Below, in pieces: positions 1-15,400 of a stretch of DNA of 64,000 nt. Position numbers and translations under genes: made by a program. Source of the stretch: Rebecca billardiae RCC1528. Its lineage: Eukaryota; Protista; Haptophyta. The stretch's first letter is position 1. Each line of letters begins with the position of its first letter. The DNA lies in contig OZ251233.1 in assembly GCA_965240325.2 (NCBI GenBank), positions 1,426,001 through 1,490,000 of the forward strand. The letters run 5' to 3'. Under the pieces are notes generated by a model that was given only the letters and a program-made list of their open reading frames with translations, was not told where the DNA came from and did no database searches.

Positions 1-3000
1 GCGCGATGCGTCCACGCCAAGCTCGGCCGCCAAACGCTCCGAGGTGCGCACCGACACAGCCGCGAACGCTGCCGCCGACATGTCGAGCTGCAGAAGCGCG
101 TACGACTCGGACTCAAAGCGTGGCGGCGGCGAGGGCGAGGGCGGCGGCGGCGGCGGCGAGGGCGGCGTGTGCGAACGGACCGGCTCGACAACAGGCACGC
201 CCAGCGCGCGCGACAGCTCCGCGAGGTCGGTCGGCGAATCAGGCGTGGCTCCCGGCGTCAACGCCGTCACCGCGTCCACGACCGCATCGCCCGACGCCGA
301 GTCCGACCGTACCGTGATCACCACGTCGAGCAAGCCGCTCCCTGTCTCCAGAGTGCGCTCCACCGCGAGCTGGCTCGCGTCGACACCCAGCTGAGCCGCA
401 AGCGCTGCCAGCACGCTCTCCGTCGCGCCGTCGAACTGCACGCTCGTCACGTTCAGCGTCAACGCCACGTACTGCACACTGCCGTCCGACCCAGGCGGCG
501 GCGACGGCGGCGACGGCGGCGGCGGTGGCGCTGACGGCGCAGCGGGCGGCGAGGGCGGTGGCGACGGCAGCGATGGCGGCGACGGTGGCGGCGACGGCGG
601 CACGTGCGCGTGTGGCGACGTCAGCACAGGCACGCCCAGACTCGCCGACAGCTCCTCCAGGCTCGCAGGCGAAGCCTCCGTCGCGCCGGGCGTGAGCGCG
701 GCCACAGGATCGACCACCGCCACCTCGTCCAAAAGCGGCGATGTCGTCAGCTTGAACACGACCGACACACTGCCGTCCGTGTTCGTCCCCACCGACTCGA
801 CGACCACGCGCTCCGGAGCGATGCCCAGCTCGGCCGCGATGGCCGTGCGCACGGCGTCGCTCGCCGCCGTGAACTCGGCCTCGCTCACATCCAGCGTGAG
901 CGAGACGTACTGGTTGCTCACGATGCTGCTGCCACCGCCCGGCGGCGGCGACGGCGGAAGCGGTGGCGGCGGCGGAGCAGACGGCGGCATGTGAGCCGTC
1001 GGCGCGCCCTGCACCACCACGCCAAGCGCCGCCGAAAGCTCGGCCAGGCTCGACGGCGAAGTCGAGGTGGCGCCTGGCGTCAGAACGCTCACGACGTCCA
1101 CGCCAGACTCGCCCGCTACCGTGTCCGTCGTCACCTTGATCACCACAGAGACGCCGCCGTCCACGGCCACGCTCGTCTCGACGCTCACGCGCGAACCGTC
1201 CACGCCAAGCTGAGCCGCAACCGCGGACAGCACGCTGGCTTGGGCAGACGCAAACGCCGACTCGGTCGTGTCGAGCACCAGCGTCACGTACTGCTCGCTC
1301 GAGAAGTCCGGCGGCGGGTACGGCGGCGGTGATGGTGCGACCGGCGGAGCCGAGGGCGGCACGTGCGTGCGCGGCACCGCGCGCACAGGCACGCCCAGAG
1401 CCGTCGACAAAGCGCCCAGACTCGTAGGAGACGATGGCGTCGCGCCCGGCGTGAGCAAAGCGGCCACGTCCAAGACGGGCTCGCCAGCCGACACGTCGCT
1501 CGTCACCTTCACAACCACGCCCAGCAAACCGCCGCCGCCGTCAAGCACAGCCTCGATGCTCACGCGCGATGCGTCCACGCCAAGCTCGGCCGCCAAACGC
1601 TCCGAGGTGCGCACCGACACAGCCGCGAACGCTGCCGCCGACATGTCGAGCTGCAGAAGCGCGTACGACTCGGGCTCAAAGCGTGGCGGCGGCGAGGGCG
1701 AGGGCGGCGGCGGCGGCGGCGAGGGCGGCGTGTGCGAACGGACCGGCTCGACCACAGGCACGCCCAGCGCGCGCGACAGCTCCGCGAGGTCGGTCGGCGA
1801 GTCAGGCGTGGCTCCCGGCGTCAACGCCGTCACCGCGTCCACGACCGCATCGCCCGACGCCGAGTCCGACCGTACCGTGATCACCACGTCGAGCAAGCCG
1901 CTCCCTGTCTCCAGAGTGCGCTCCACCGCGAGCTGGCTCGCGTCGACACCCAGCTGAGCCGCAAGCGCTGCCAGCACGCTCTCCGTCGCGCCGTCGAACT
2001 GCACGCTCGTCACGTTCAGCGTCAACGCCACGTACTGCACACTGCCGTCCGACCCAGGCGGCGACGACGGCGGCGACGGCGGCGGCGGTGGCGCTGACGG
2101 CGCAGCGGGCGGCGAGGGCGGTGGCGACGGCAGCGATGGCGGCGACGGTGGCGGCGACGGCGGCACGTGCGCGTGTGGCGACGTCACCACAGGCACGCCC
2201 AGACTCGCCGACAGCTCCTCCAGGCTCGCAGGCGAAGCCTCCGTCGCGCCTGGCGTGAGCGCGGCCACAGGATCGACCACCGCCACTTCGTCCAAAAGCG
2301 GCGATGTCGTCAGCTTGAACACGACCGACACACTGCCGTCCGTGTTCGTCCCCACCGACTCGACGACCACGCGCTCCGGAGCGATGCCCAGCTCGGCCGC
2401 GATGGCCGTGCGCACGGCGTTGCTCGCCGCCGTGAACTCGGCCTCGCTCACATCCAGCGTGAGCGAGACGTACTGGTTGCTCACGATGCTGCTGCCACCG
2501 CCCGGCGGCGGCGACGGCGGAAGCGGTGGCGGCGGCGGAGCAGACGGCGGCATGTGAGCCGTCGGCGCGCCCTGCACCACCACGCCAAGCGCCGCCGAAA
2601 GCTCGGCCAGGCTCGACGGCGAAGTCGAGGTGGCGCCTGGCGTCAGAACGCTCACGACGTCCACGCCAGACTCGCCCGCTACCGTGTCCGTCGTCACCTT
2701 GATCACCACAGAGACGCCGCCGTCCACGGCCACGCTCGTCTCGACGCTCACGCGCGAACCGTCCACGCCAAGCTGAGCCGCAACCGCGGACAGCACGCTG
2801 GCTTGGGCAGACGCAAACGCCGACTCGGTCGTGTCGAGCACCAGCGTCACGTACTGCTCGCTCGAGAAGTCCGGCGGCGGGTACGGCGGCGGTGATGGTG
2901 CGACCGGCGGAGCCGAGGGCGGCACGTGCGTGCGCGGCACCGCGCGCACAGGCACGCCCAGAGCCGTCGACAAAGCGCCCAGACTCGTAGGAGACGATGG

Positions 3001-6000
3001 CGTCGCGCCCGGCGTGAGCAAAGCGGCCACGTCCAAGACGGGCTCGCCAGCCGACACGTCGCTCGTCACCTTCACAACCACGCCCAGCAAACCGCCGCCG
3101 CCGTCAAGCACAGCCTCGATGCTCACGCGCGATGCGTCCACGCCAAGCTCGGCCGCCAAACGCTCCGAGGTGCGCACCGACACAGCCGCGAACGCTGCCG
3201 CCGACATGTCGAGCTGCAGAAGCGCGTACGACTCGGACTCAAAGCGTGGCGGCGGCGAGGGCGAGGGCGGCGGCGGCGGCGGCGAGGGCGGCGTGTGCGA
3301 ACGGACCGGCTCGACCACAGGCACGCCCAGCGCGCGCGACAGCTCCGCGAGGTCGGTCGGCGAGTCAGGCGTGGCCCCCGGCGTCAACGCCGTCACCGCG
3401 TCCACGCCCGCATCGCCCGACGCCGAGTCCGACCGTACCGTGATCACCACGTCGAGCAAGCCGCTCCCTGTCTCCAGAGTGCGCTCCACCGCGAGCTGGC
3501 TCGCGTCGACACCCAGCTGAGCCGCAAGCGCTGCCAGCACGCTCTCCGTCGCGCCGTCGAACTGCGCGCTCGTCACGTTCAGCGTCAACGCCACGTACTG
3601 CACACTGCCGTCCGACCCAGGCGGCGGCGACGGCGGCGACGGCGGCGGCGGTGGCGCTGACGGCGCAGCGGGCGGCGAGGGCGGTGGCGACGGCAGCGAT
3701 GGCGGCGACGGTGGCGGCGACGGCGGCACGTGCGCGTGTGGCGACGTCAGGACAGACACGCCCAGACTCGCCGACAGCTCCTCCAGGCTCGCAGGCGAAG
3801 CCTCCGTCGCGCCGGGCGTCAGCACGCCCACCGGGTCCACCACGGGCACCTCGCCCAGAAGCGGCGATGTCGTCAGCTTGAACGCAACCGACACACTGCC
3901 GTCCGTGTTCGTCCCCACCGACTCGACGACCACGCGCTCCGGAGCGATGCCCAGCTCGGCCGCGATGGCCGTGCGCACGGCGTCGCTCGCCGCCGTGAAC
4001 TCGGCCTCGCTCACATCCAGCGTGAGCGAGACGTACTGGTTGCTCACGATGCTGCTGTCACCGCCCGGTGGCGGCGACGGCGGAAGCGGTGGCGGCGGCG
4101 GAGCAGACGGCGGCATGTGAGCCGTCGGCGCGCCCTGCACCACCACGCCAAGCGCCGCCGAAAGCTCGGCCAGGCTCGACGGCGAAGTCGAGGTGGCGCC
4201 TGGCGTCAGAACGCTCACGACGTCCACGCCAGACTCGCCCGCTACCGTATCCGTCGTCACCTTGATCACCACAGAGACGCCGCCGTCCACGGCCACGCTC
4301 GTCTCGACGCTCACGCGCGAACCGTCCACGCCAAGTTGAGCCGCAACCGCGGACAGCACGCTGGCTTGGGCAGACGCAAACGCCGACTCGGTCGTGTCGA
4401 GCACCAGCGTCACGTACTGCTCGCTCGAGAAGTCCGGCGGCGGGTACGGCGGCGGTGATGGTGCGACCGGCGGAGCCGAGGGCGGCACGTGCGTGCGCGG
4501 CACCGCGCGCACAGGCACGCCCAGAGCCGTCGACAAAGCGCCCAGACTCGTAGGAGACGATGGCGTCGCGCCCGGCGTGAGCAAAGCGGCCACGTCCAAG
4601 ACGGGCTCGCCAGCCGACACGTCGCTCGTCACCTTCACAACCACGCCCAGCAAACCGCCGCCGCCGTCAAGCACAGCCTCGATGCTCACGCGCGATGCGT
4701 CCACGCCAAGCTCGGCCGCCAAACGCTCCGAGGTGCGCACCGACACAGCCGCGAACGCTGCCGCCGACATGTCGAGCTGCAGAAGCGCGTACGACTCGGA
4801 CTCAAAGCGTGGCGGCGGCGAGGGCGAGGGCGGCGGCGGCGGCGGCGAGGGCGGCGTGTGCGAACGGACCGGCTCGACCACAGGCACGCCCAGCGCGCGC
4901 GACAGCTCCGCGAGGTCGGTCGGCGAATCAGGCGTGGCTCCCGGCGTCAACGCCGTCACCGCGTCCACGCCCGCATCGCCCGACGCCGAGTCCGACCGTA
5001 CCGTGATCACCACGTCGAGCAAGCCGCTCCCTGTCTCCAGAGTGCGCTCCACCGCGAGCTGGCTCGCGTCGACACCCAGCTGAGCCGCAAGCGCTGCCAG
5101 CACGCTCTCCGTCGCGCCGTCGAACTGCGCGCTCGTCACGTTCAGCGTCAACGCCACGTACTGCACACTGCCGTCCGACCCAGGCGGCGGCGACGGCGGC
5201 GACGGCGGCGGCGGTGGCGCTGACGGCGCAGCGGGCGGCGAGGGCGGTGGCGACGGCAGCGATGGCGGCGACGGTGGCGGCGACGGCGGCACGTGCGCGT
5301 GTGGCGACGTCAGGACAGACACGCCCAGACTCGCCGACAGCTCCTCCAGGCTCGCAGGCGAAGCCTCCGTCGCGCCGGGCGTCAGCACGCCCACCGGGTC
5401 CACCACGGGCACCTCGCCCAGAAGCGGCGATGTCGTCAGCTTGAACGCAACCGACACACTGCCGTCCGTGTTCGTCCCCACCGACTCGACGACCACGCGC
5501 TCCGGAGCGATGCCCAGCTCGGCCGCGATGGCCGTGCGCACGGCGTCGCTCGCCGCCGTGAACTCGGCCTCGCTCACATCCAGCGTGAGCGAGACGTACT
5601 GGTTGCTCACGATGCTGCTGCCACCGCCCGGTGGCGGCGACGGCGGAAGCGGTGGCGGCGGCGGAGCAGACGGCGGCATGTGAGCCGTCGGCGCGCCCTG
5701 CACCACCACGCCAAGCGCCGCCGAAAGCTCGGCCAGGCTCGACGGCGAAGTCGAGGTGGCGCCTGGCGTCAGAACGCTCACGACGTCCACGCCAGACTCG
5801 CCCGCTACCGTGTCCGTCGTCACCTTGATCACCACAGAGACGCCGCCGTCCACGGCCACGCTCGTCTCGACGCTCACGCGCGAACCGTCCACGCCAAGCT
5901 GAGCCGCAACCGCGGACAGCACGCTGGCTTGGGCAGACGCAAACGCCGACTCGGTCGTGTCGAGCACCAGCGTCACGTACTGCTCGCTCGAGAAGTCCGG

Positions 6001-6419
6001 CGGCGGGTACGGCGGCGGTGATGGTGCGACCGGCGGAGCCGAGGGCGGCACGTGCGTGCGCGGCACCGCGCGCACAGGCACGCCCAGAGCCGTCGACAAA
6101 GCGCCCAGACTCGTAGGAGACGATGGCGTCGCGCCCGGCGTGAGCAAAGCGGCCACGTCCAAGACGGGCTCGCCAGCCGACACGTCGCTCGTCACCTTCA
6201 CAACCACGCCCAGCAAACCGCCGCCGCCGTCAAGCACAGCCTCGATGCTCACGCGCGATACGTCCACGCCAAGCTCGGCCGCCAAACGCTCCGAGGTGCG
6301 CACCGACACAGCCGCGAACGCTGCCGCCGACATGTCGAGCTGCAGAAGCGCGTACGACTCGGACTCAAAGCGTGGCGGCGGCGAGGGCGAGGGCGGCGGC
6401 GGCGGCGGCGAGGGCGGCG
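1..6419 (-). repeat. Four-plus tandem 1563-bp (521-aa) units with modules E-F-C-D
   Basis: Equivalent ORFs at 604, 2167, 3730, 5293 and 6856 (period 1563). Module starts: E SYALLQLDMSAAAF, F EQYVTLVLDTTESAF. C and D are shared with the 1692-bp unit. Confidence 0.95.
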
Positions 6420-9400
6420 TGTGCGAACGGACCGGCTCGACAACAGGCACGCCCAGCGCGCGCGACAGCTCCGCGAGGTCGGTCGGCGAGTCAGGCGTGG
6501 CACCCGGCGTCAACGCCGTCACCGCGTCCACGACCGCATCGCCCGACGCCGAGTCCGACCGTACCGTGATCACCACGTCGAGCAAGCCGCTCCCTGTCTC
6601 CAGAGTGCGCTCCACCGCGAGCTGGCTCGCGTCGACACCCAGCTGAGCCGCAAGCGCTGCCAGCACGCTCTCCGTCGCGCCGTCGAACTGCGCGCTCGTC
6701 ACGTTCAGCGTCAACGCCACGTACTGCACACTGCCGTCCGACCCAGGCGGCGGCGACGGCGGCGACGGCGGCGGCGGTGGCGCTGACGGCGCAGCGGGCG
6801 GCGAGGGCGGTGGCGACGGCAGCGATGGCGGCGACGGTGGCGGCGACGGCGGCACGTGCGCGTGTGGCGACGTCAGCACAGACACGCCCAGACTCGCCGA
6901 CAGCTCCTCCAGGCTCGCAGGCGAAGCCTCCGTCGCGCCGGGCGTCAGCACGCCCACCGGGTCCACCACGGGCACCTCGCCCAGAAGCGGCGATGTCGTC
7001 AGCTTGAACGCAACCGACACACTGCCGTCCGTGTTCGTCCCCACCGACTCGACGACCACGCGCTCCGGAGCGATGCCCAGCTCGGCCGCGATGGCCGTGC
7101 GCACGGCGTCGCTCGCCGCCGTGAACTCGGCCTCGCTCACATCCAGCGTGAGCGAGACGTACTGGTTGCTCACGATGCTGCTGCCACCGCCCGGCGGCGG
7201 CGACGGCGGAAGCGGTGGCGACGGCGGCGACGGCGGAGGCATCGGCAGGGGCGATGGTGGATCAGGTGGCGACGGCGGGCTCGACGGTGCCGGCGGCGGC
7301 GAAGGCGGCACGTGTGCGCGGGCTGCCCCCGCCAACGGCACGCCCAGCTGCGCGGACAGCTCCTCAAGGCTCGACGTCGACCCGTCTGTGCCGCCAGGCG
7401 TGAGCACGGACACAGGCTCCACCACGGTCTCGCCCTCTGCCGTCGTCAGCGTGAATACCACCTCGAGGACGCCGTCCTCGCCCTCGGTCGTCCCACTCAC
7501 GCTCAGGCGGTCCGCGTGCACGCCAAGCTCGGCCGCGAGCGCATCGAGCAAGGCTGCACTCGCCGCGTCGAAGTCGTCCGCGCTCATCTCCACGCTCAGC
7601 ACGAATGGCGACTCGAGATCAGCCGGAGGCAGCGGCGGCGACGGCGGCGGCGACGGCGGCGTGCGGCTTGACGGGTCGTCCACCACAGGCACGCCCAAAA
7701 TCGTCGACAGCTCCGCAAGGCTCGAAGGCGACGTCGGAGATACGCCGGGCGTGAGCGCCGACACGGCCTGCACGGGCTCCTCGCCCGCATCCGCGTCCGT
7801 CGTGACGCGGATGGACACGGCGATGGTGCCGTCCGCGTTCGTCGTCACACCAGCGAGACTCAGCCGCGACGCGTCCACGCCCAGCTGAGCAGCCAGAGCA
7901 CTCAGCATGTCGCCGCTCTCCGGCACGAACTCCGCCGCAGACATGTCCAGCGTCAGCGCGAACACCGAGCTGCCCGTCGCGGGCGGAGGCGACGGCGGCG
8001 CGGGCGGTGGATCGGGCGGCGACGGCGGAGGCGATGGCGGCGGGCGACGAGGCGGCGACGGCGGCGGGCTGCGCATCGGCGAAGGCGGCGGCGGCGGCGG
8101 CGAGGGCGGCGTGTGCGAACGGACCGGCTCGACAACAGGCACGCCCAGCGCGCGCGACAGCTCCGCGAGGTCGGTCGGCGAGTCAGGCGTGGCACCCGGC
8201 GTCAACGCCGTCACCGCGTCCACAACAACATCTCCCGACGCCGAGTCCGACCGTACCGTGATCACCACGTCGAGCAAGCCGCTCCCTGTCTCCAGAGTGC
8301 GCTCCACCGCGAGCTGGCTCGCGTCGACACCCAGCTGAGCCGCAAGCGCTGCCAGCACGCTCTCCGTCGCGCCGTCGAACTGCGCGCTCGTCACGTTCAG
8401 CGTCAACGCCACGTACTGCACACTGCCGTCCGACCCAGGCGGCGGCGACGGCGGTGACGGCGGCGGCGGTGGCGGTGACGGCGCAGCGGGCGGCGAGGGC
8501 GGTGGCGACGGCAGCGATGGCGGCGACGGTGGCGGCGACGGCGGCACGTGCGCGTGTGGCGACGTGACCACAGACACGCCCAGACTCGCCGACAGCTCCT
8601 CCAGGCTCGCAGGCGAAGCCTCCGTCGCGCCGGGCGTCAGCACGCCCACCGGGTCCACCACGGGCACCTCGCCCAGAAGCGGCGATGTCGTCAGCTTGAA
8701 CGCAACCGACACACTGCCGTCCGTGTTCGTCCCCACCGACTCGACGACCACGCGCTCCGGAGCGATGCCCAGCTCGGCCGCGATGGCCGTGCGCACGGCG
8801 TCGCTCGCCGCCGTGAACTCGGCCTCGCTCACATCCAGCGTGAGCGAGACGTACTGGTTGCTCACGATGCTGCTGCCACCGCCCGGCGGCGGCGACGGCG
8901 GAAGCGGTGGCGACGGCGGCGACGGCGGAGGCATCGGCAGGGGCGATGGTGGATCAGGTGGCGACGGCGGGCTCGACGGTGCCGGCGGCGGCGAAGGCGG
9001 CACGTGTGCGCGGGCTGCCCCCGCCAACGGCACGCCCAGCTGCGCGGACAGCTCCTCAAGGCTCGACGTCGACCCGTCTGTGCCGCCAGGCGTGAGCACG
9101 GACACAGGCTCCACCACGGTCTCGCCCTCTGCCGTCGTCAGCGTGAATACCACCTCGAGGACGCCGTCCTCGCCCTCGGTCGTCCCACTCACGCTCAGGC
9201 GGTCCGCGTGCACGCCAAGCTCGGCCGCGAGCGCATCGAGCAAGGCTGCACTCGCCGCGTCGAAGTCGTCCGCGCTCATCTCCACGCTCAGCACGAATGG
9301 CGACTCGAGATCAGCCGGAGGCAGCGGCGGCGACGGCGGCGGCGACGGCGGCGTGCGGCTCGACGGGTCCTCCACCACAGGCACGCCCAAAATCGTCGAC

Positions 9401-12400
9401 AGCTCCGCAAGGCTCGAAGGCGACGTCGGAGATACGCCGGGCGTGAGCGCCGACACGGCCTGCACGGGCTCCTCGCCCGCATCCGCGTCCGTCGTGACGC
9501 GGATGGACACGGCGATGGTGCCGTCCGCGTTCGTCGTCACACCAGCGAGACTCAGCCGCGACGCGTCCACGCCCAGCTGAGCAGCCAGAGCACTCAGCAT
9601 GTCGCCGCTCTCCGGCACGAACTCCGCCGCAGACATGTCCAGCGTCAGCGCGAACACCGAGCTGCCCGTCGCGGGCGGAGGCGACGGCGGCGCGGGCGGT
9701 GGATCGGGCGGCGACGGCGGAGGCGATGGCGGCGGGCGACGAGGCGGCGACGGCGGCGGGCTGCGCATCGGCGAAGGCGGCGGCGGAGGCGGCGAGGGCG
9801 GCGTGTGCGAACGGACCGGCTCGACCACAGGCACGCCCAGCGCGCGCGACAGCTCCGCGAGGTCGGTCGGCGAGTCAGGCGTGGCACCCGGCGTCAACGC
9901 CGTCACCGCGTCCACAACAACATCTCCCGACGTCGAGTCCGTCCGCACCGTGATCACCACGTCGAGCAAGCCACTCCCTGTCTCCACGGTGCGCTCCACC
10001 GCGAGCTGGCTCGCGTCGACACCCAGCTGAGCCGCAAGCGCTGCCAGCACGCTCTCCGTCGCGCCGTCGAACTGCGCGCTCGTCACGTTCAGCGTCAACG
10101 CCACGTACTGCACACTGCCGTCCGACCCAGGCGGCGACGACGGCGGCGACGGCGGCGGCGGTGGCGCTGAAGGGGGAGCGGGCGGCGAGGGCGGTGGCGA
10201 CGGCAGCGATGGCGGCGACGGTGGCGGCGACGGCGGCACGTGCGCGTGTGGCGACGTCACTACAGACACGCCCAGACTCGCCGACAGCTCCTCCAGGCTC
10301 GCAGGCGAAGCCTCCGTCGCGCCAGGCGTCAGCACGCCCACCGGGTCCACCACGGGCACCTCGCCCAGAAGCGGCGATGTCGTCAGCTTGAACTCAACCG
10401 ACACACTGCCGTCCGTGTTCGTCCCCACCGACTCGACGACCACGCGCTCCGGAGCGATGCCCAGCTCGGCCGCGATGGCCGTGCGCACGGCGTCGCTCGC
10501 CGCCGTGAACTCGGCCTCGCTCACATCCAGCGTGAGCGAGACGTACTGGTTGCTCACGATGCTGCTGCCACCGCCCGGCGGCGGCGACGGCGGAAGCGGT
10601 GGCGACGGCGGCGACGGCGGAGGCATCGGCAGGGGCAATGGTGGATCAGGTGGCGACGGCGGGCTCGACGGTGCCGGCGGCGGCGAAGGCGGCACGTGTG
10701 CGCGGGCTGCCCCCGCCAACGGCACGCCCAGCTGCGCGGACAGCTCCTCAAGGCTCGACGTCGACCCGTCTGTGCCGCCAGGCGTGAGCACGGACACAGG
10801 CTCCACCACGGTCTCGCCCTCTGCCGTCGTCAGCGTGAATACCACCTCGAGGACGCCGTCCTCGCCCTCGGTCGTCCCACTCACGCTCAGGCGGTCCGCG
10901 TGCACGCCAAGCTCGGCCGCGAGCGCATCGAGCAAGGCTGCACTCGCCGCGTCGAAGTCGTCCGCGCTCATCTCCACGCTCAGCACGAATGGCGACTCGA
11001 GATCAGCCGGAGGCAGCGGCGGCGACGGCGGCGGCGACGGCGGCGTGCGGCTCGACGGGTCCTCCACCACAGGCACGCCCAAAATCGTCGACAGCTCCGC
11101 AAGGCTCGAAGGCGACGTCGGAGATACGCCGGGCGTGAGCGCCGACACGGCCTGCACGGGCTCCTCGCCCGCATCCGCGTCCGTCGTGACGCGGATGGAC
11201 ACGGCGATGGTGCCGTCCGCGTTCGTCGTCACACCAGCGAGACTCAGCCGCGACGCGTCCACGCCCAGCTGAGCAGCCAGAGCACTCAGCATGTCGCCGC
11301 TCTCCGGCACGAACTCCGCCGCAGACATGTCCAGCGTCAGCGCGAACACCGAGCTGCCCGTCGCGGGCGGAGGCGACGGCGGCGCGGGCGGTGGATCGGG
11401 CGGCGACGGCGGAGGCGATGGCGGCGGGCGACGAGGCGGCGACGGCGGCGGGCTGCGCATCGGCGAAGGCGGCGGCGGAGGCGGCGAGGGCGGCGTGTGC
11501 GAACGGACCGGCTCGACCACAGGCACGCCCAGCGCGCGCGACAGCTCCGCGAGGTCGGTCGGCGAATCAGGCGTGGCACCCGGCGTCAACGCCGTCACCG
11601 CGTCCACAACAACATCTCCCGACGCCGAAACCGTCCGCACCGTGATCACCACGTCGAGCAAGCCGCTCCCTGTCTCCACGGTGCGCTCCACAGCGAGCTG
11701 GCTCGCGTCGACACCCAGCTGAGCCGCAAGCGCTGCCAGCACGCTCTCCGTCGCGCCGTCGAACTGCGCGCTCGTCACGTTCAGCGTCAACGCCACGTAC
11801 TGCACACTGCCGTCCGACCCAGGCGGCGGCGACGGCGGTGACGGCGGCGGCGGTGGCGCTGACGGCGCAGCGGGCGGCGAGCGCGGTGGCGACGGCAGCG
11901 ATGGCGGCGACGGTGGCGGCGACGGCGGCACGTGCGCGTGTGGCGACGTCAGCACAGACACGCCCAGACTCGCCGACAGCTCCTCCAGGCTCGCAGGCGA
12001 AGCCTCCGTCGCGCCGGGCGTCAGCACGCCCACCGGGTCCACCGCGGGCACCTCGCCCAGAAGCGGCGATGTCGTCAGCTTGAACGCGACCGACACACTG
12101 CCGTCCGTGTTCGTCCCCACCGACTCGACGACCACGCGCTCCGGAGCGATGCCCAGCTCGGCCGCGATGGCCGTGCGCACGGCGTCGCTCGCCGCCGTGA
12201 ACTCGGCCTCGCTCACATCCAGCGTGAGCGAGACGTACTGGTTGCTCACGATGCTGCTGCCACCGCCCGGCGGCGGCGACGGCGGAAGCGGTGGCGACGG
12301 CGGCGACGGCGGAGGCATCGGCAGGGGCAATGGTGGATCAGGTGGCGACGGCGGGCTCGACGGTGCCGGCGGCGGCGAAGGCGGCACGTGTGCGCGGGCT

Positions 12401-15400
12401 GCCCCCGCCAACGGCACGCCCAGCTGCGCGGACAGCTCCTCAAGGCTCGACGTCGACCCGTCTGTGCCGCCAGGCGTGAGCACGGACACAGGCTCCACCA
12501 CGGTCTCGCCCTCTGCCGTCGTCAGCGTGAATACCACCTCGAGGACGCCGTCCTCGCCCTCGGTCGTCCCACTCACGCTCAGGCGGTCCGCGTGCACGCC
12601 AAGCTCGGCCGCGAGCGCATCGAGCAAGGCTGCACTCGCCGCGTCGAAGTCGTCCGCGCTCATCTCCACGCTCAGCACGAATGGCGACTCGAGATCAGCC
12701 GGAGGCAGCGGCGGCGACGGCGGCGGCGACGGCGGCGTGCGGCTCGACGGGTCCTCCACCACAGGCACGCCCAAAATCGTCGACAGCTCCGCAAGGCTCG
12801 AAGGCGACGTCGGAGATACGCCGGGCGTGAGCGCCGACACGGCCTGCACGGGCTCCTCGCCCGCATCCGCGTCCGTCGTGACGCGGATGGACACGGCGAT
12901 GGTGCCGTCCGCGTTCGTCGTCACACCAGCGAGACTCAGCCGCGACGCGTCCACGCCCAGCTGAGCAGCCAGAGCACTCAGCATGTCGCCGCTCTCCGGC
13001 ACGAACTCCGCCGCAGACATGTCCAGCGTCAGCGCGAACACCGAGCTGCCCGTCGCGGGCGGAGGCGACGGCGGCGCGGGCGGTGGATCGGGCGGCGACG
13101 GCGGAGGCGATGGCGGCGGGCGACGAGGCGGCGACGGCGGCGGGCTGCGCATCGGCGAAGGCGGCGGCGGAGGCGGCGAGGGCGGCGTGTGCGAACGGAC
13201 CGGCTCGACCACAGGCACGCCCAGCGCGCGCGACAGCTCCGCGAGGTCGGTCGGCGAGTCAGGCGTGGCACCCGGCGTCAACGCCGTCACCGCGTCCACA
13301 ACAACATCTCCCGACGTCGAGTCCGTCCGCACCGTGATCACCACGTCGAGCAAGCCACTCCCTGTCTCCACGGTGCGCTCCACCGCGAGCTGGCTCGCGT
13401 CGACACCCAGCTGAGCCGCAAGCGCTGCCAGCACGCTCTCCGTCGCGCCGTCGAACTGCGCGCTCGTCACGTTCAGCGTCAACGCCACGTACTGCACACT
13501 GCCGTCCGACCCAGGCGGCGACGACGGCGGCGACGGCGGCGGCGGTGGCGCTGAAGGGGGAGCGGGCGGCGAGGGCGGTGGCGACGGCAGCGATGGCGGC
13601 GACGGTGGCGGCGACGGCGGCACGTGCGCGTGTGGCGACGTCACTACAGACACGCCCAGACTCGCCGACAGCTCCTCCAGGCTCGCAGGCGAAGCCTCCG
13701 TCGCGCCAGGCGTCAGCACGCCCACCGGGTCCACCACGGGCACCTCGCCCAGAAGCGGCGATGTCGTCAGCTTGAACTCAACCGACACACTGCCGTCCGT
13801 GTTCGTCCCCACCGACTCGACGACCACGCGCTCCGGAGCGATGCCCAGCTCGGCCGCGATGGCCGTGCGCACGGCGTCGCTCGCCGCCGTGAACTCGGCC
13901 TCGCTCACATCCAGCGTGAGCGAGACGTACTGGTTGCTCACGATGCTGCTGCCACCGCCCGGCGGCGGCGACGGCGGAAGCGGTGGCGACGGCGGCGACG
14001 GCGGAGGCATCGGCAGGGGCAATGGTGGATCAGGTGGCGACGGCGGGCTCGACGGTGCCGGCGGCGGCGAAGGCGGCACGTGTGCGCGGGCTGCCCCCGC
14101 CAACGGCACGCCCAGCTGCGCGGACAGCTCCTCAAGGCTCGACGTCGACCCGTCTGTGCCGCCAGGCGTGAGCACGGACACAGGCTCCACCACGGTCTCG
14201 CCCGCTGCCGTCGTCAGCGTGAATACCACCTCGAGGACGCCGTCCTCGCCCTCGGTCGTCCCACTCACGCTCAGGCGGTCCGCGTGCACGCCAAGCTCGG
14301 CCGCGAGCGCATCGAGCAAGGCTGCACTCGCCGCGTCGAAGTCGTCCGCGCTCATCTCCACGCTCAGCACGAATGGCGACTCGAGATCAGCCGGAGGCAG
14401 CGGCGGCGACGGCGGCGGCGACGGCGGCGTGCGGCTCGACGGGTCCTCCACCACAGGCACGCCCAAAATCGTCGACAGCTCCGCAAGGCTCGAAGGCGAC
14501 GTCGGAGATACGCCGGGCGTGAGCGCCGACACGGCCTGCACGGGCTCCTCGCCCGCATCCGCGTCCGTCGTGACGCGGATGGACACGGCGATGGTGCCGT
14601 CCGCGTTCGTCGTCACACCAGCGAGACTCAGCCGCGACGCGTCCACGCCCAGCTGAGCAGCCAGAGCACTCAGCATGTCGCCGCTCTCCGGCACGAACTC
14701 CGCCGCAGACATGTCCAGCGTCAGCGCGAACACCGAGCTGCCCGTCGCGGGCGGAGGCGACGGCGGCGCGGGCGGTGGATCGGGCGGCGACGGCGGAGGC
14801 GATGGCGGCGGGCAACGAGGCGGCGACGGCGGCGGGCTGCGCATCGGCGAAGGCGGCGGCGGAGGCGGCGAGGGCGGCGTGTGCGAACGGACCGGCTCGA
14901 CCACAGGCACGCCCAGCGCGCGCGACAGCTCCGCGAGGTCGGTCGGCGAATCAGGCGTGGCACCCGGCGTCAACGCCGTCACCGCGTCCACAACAACATC
15001 TCCCGACGTCGAGTCCGTCCGCACCGTGATCACCACGTCGAGCAAGCCACTCCCTGTCTCCACGGTGCGCTCCACCGCGAGCTGGCTCGCGTCGACACCC
15101 AGCTGAGCCGCAAGCGCTGCCAGCACGCTCTCCGTCGCGCCGTCGAACTGCGCGCTCGTCACGTTCAGCGTCAACGCCACGTACTGCACACTGCCGCCCG
15201 ACCCAGGCGGCGGCGACGGCGGTGACGGCGGCGGCGGTGGCGCTGACGGCGCAGCGGGCGGCGAGGGCGGTGGCGACGGCAGCGATGGCGGCGACGGTGG
15301 CGGCGACGGCGGCACGTGCGCGTGTGGCGACGTCAGCACAGACACGCCCAGACTCGCCGACAGCTCCTCCAGGCTCGCAGGCGAAGCCTCCGTCGCGCCG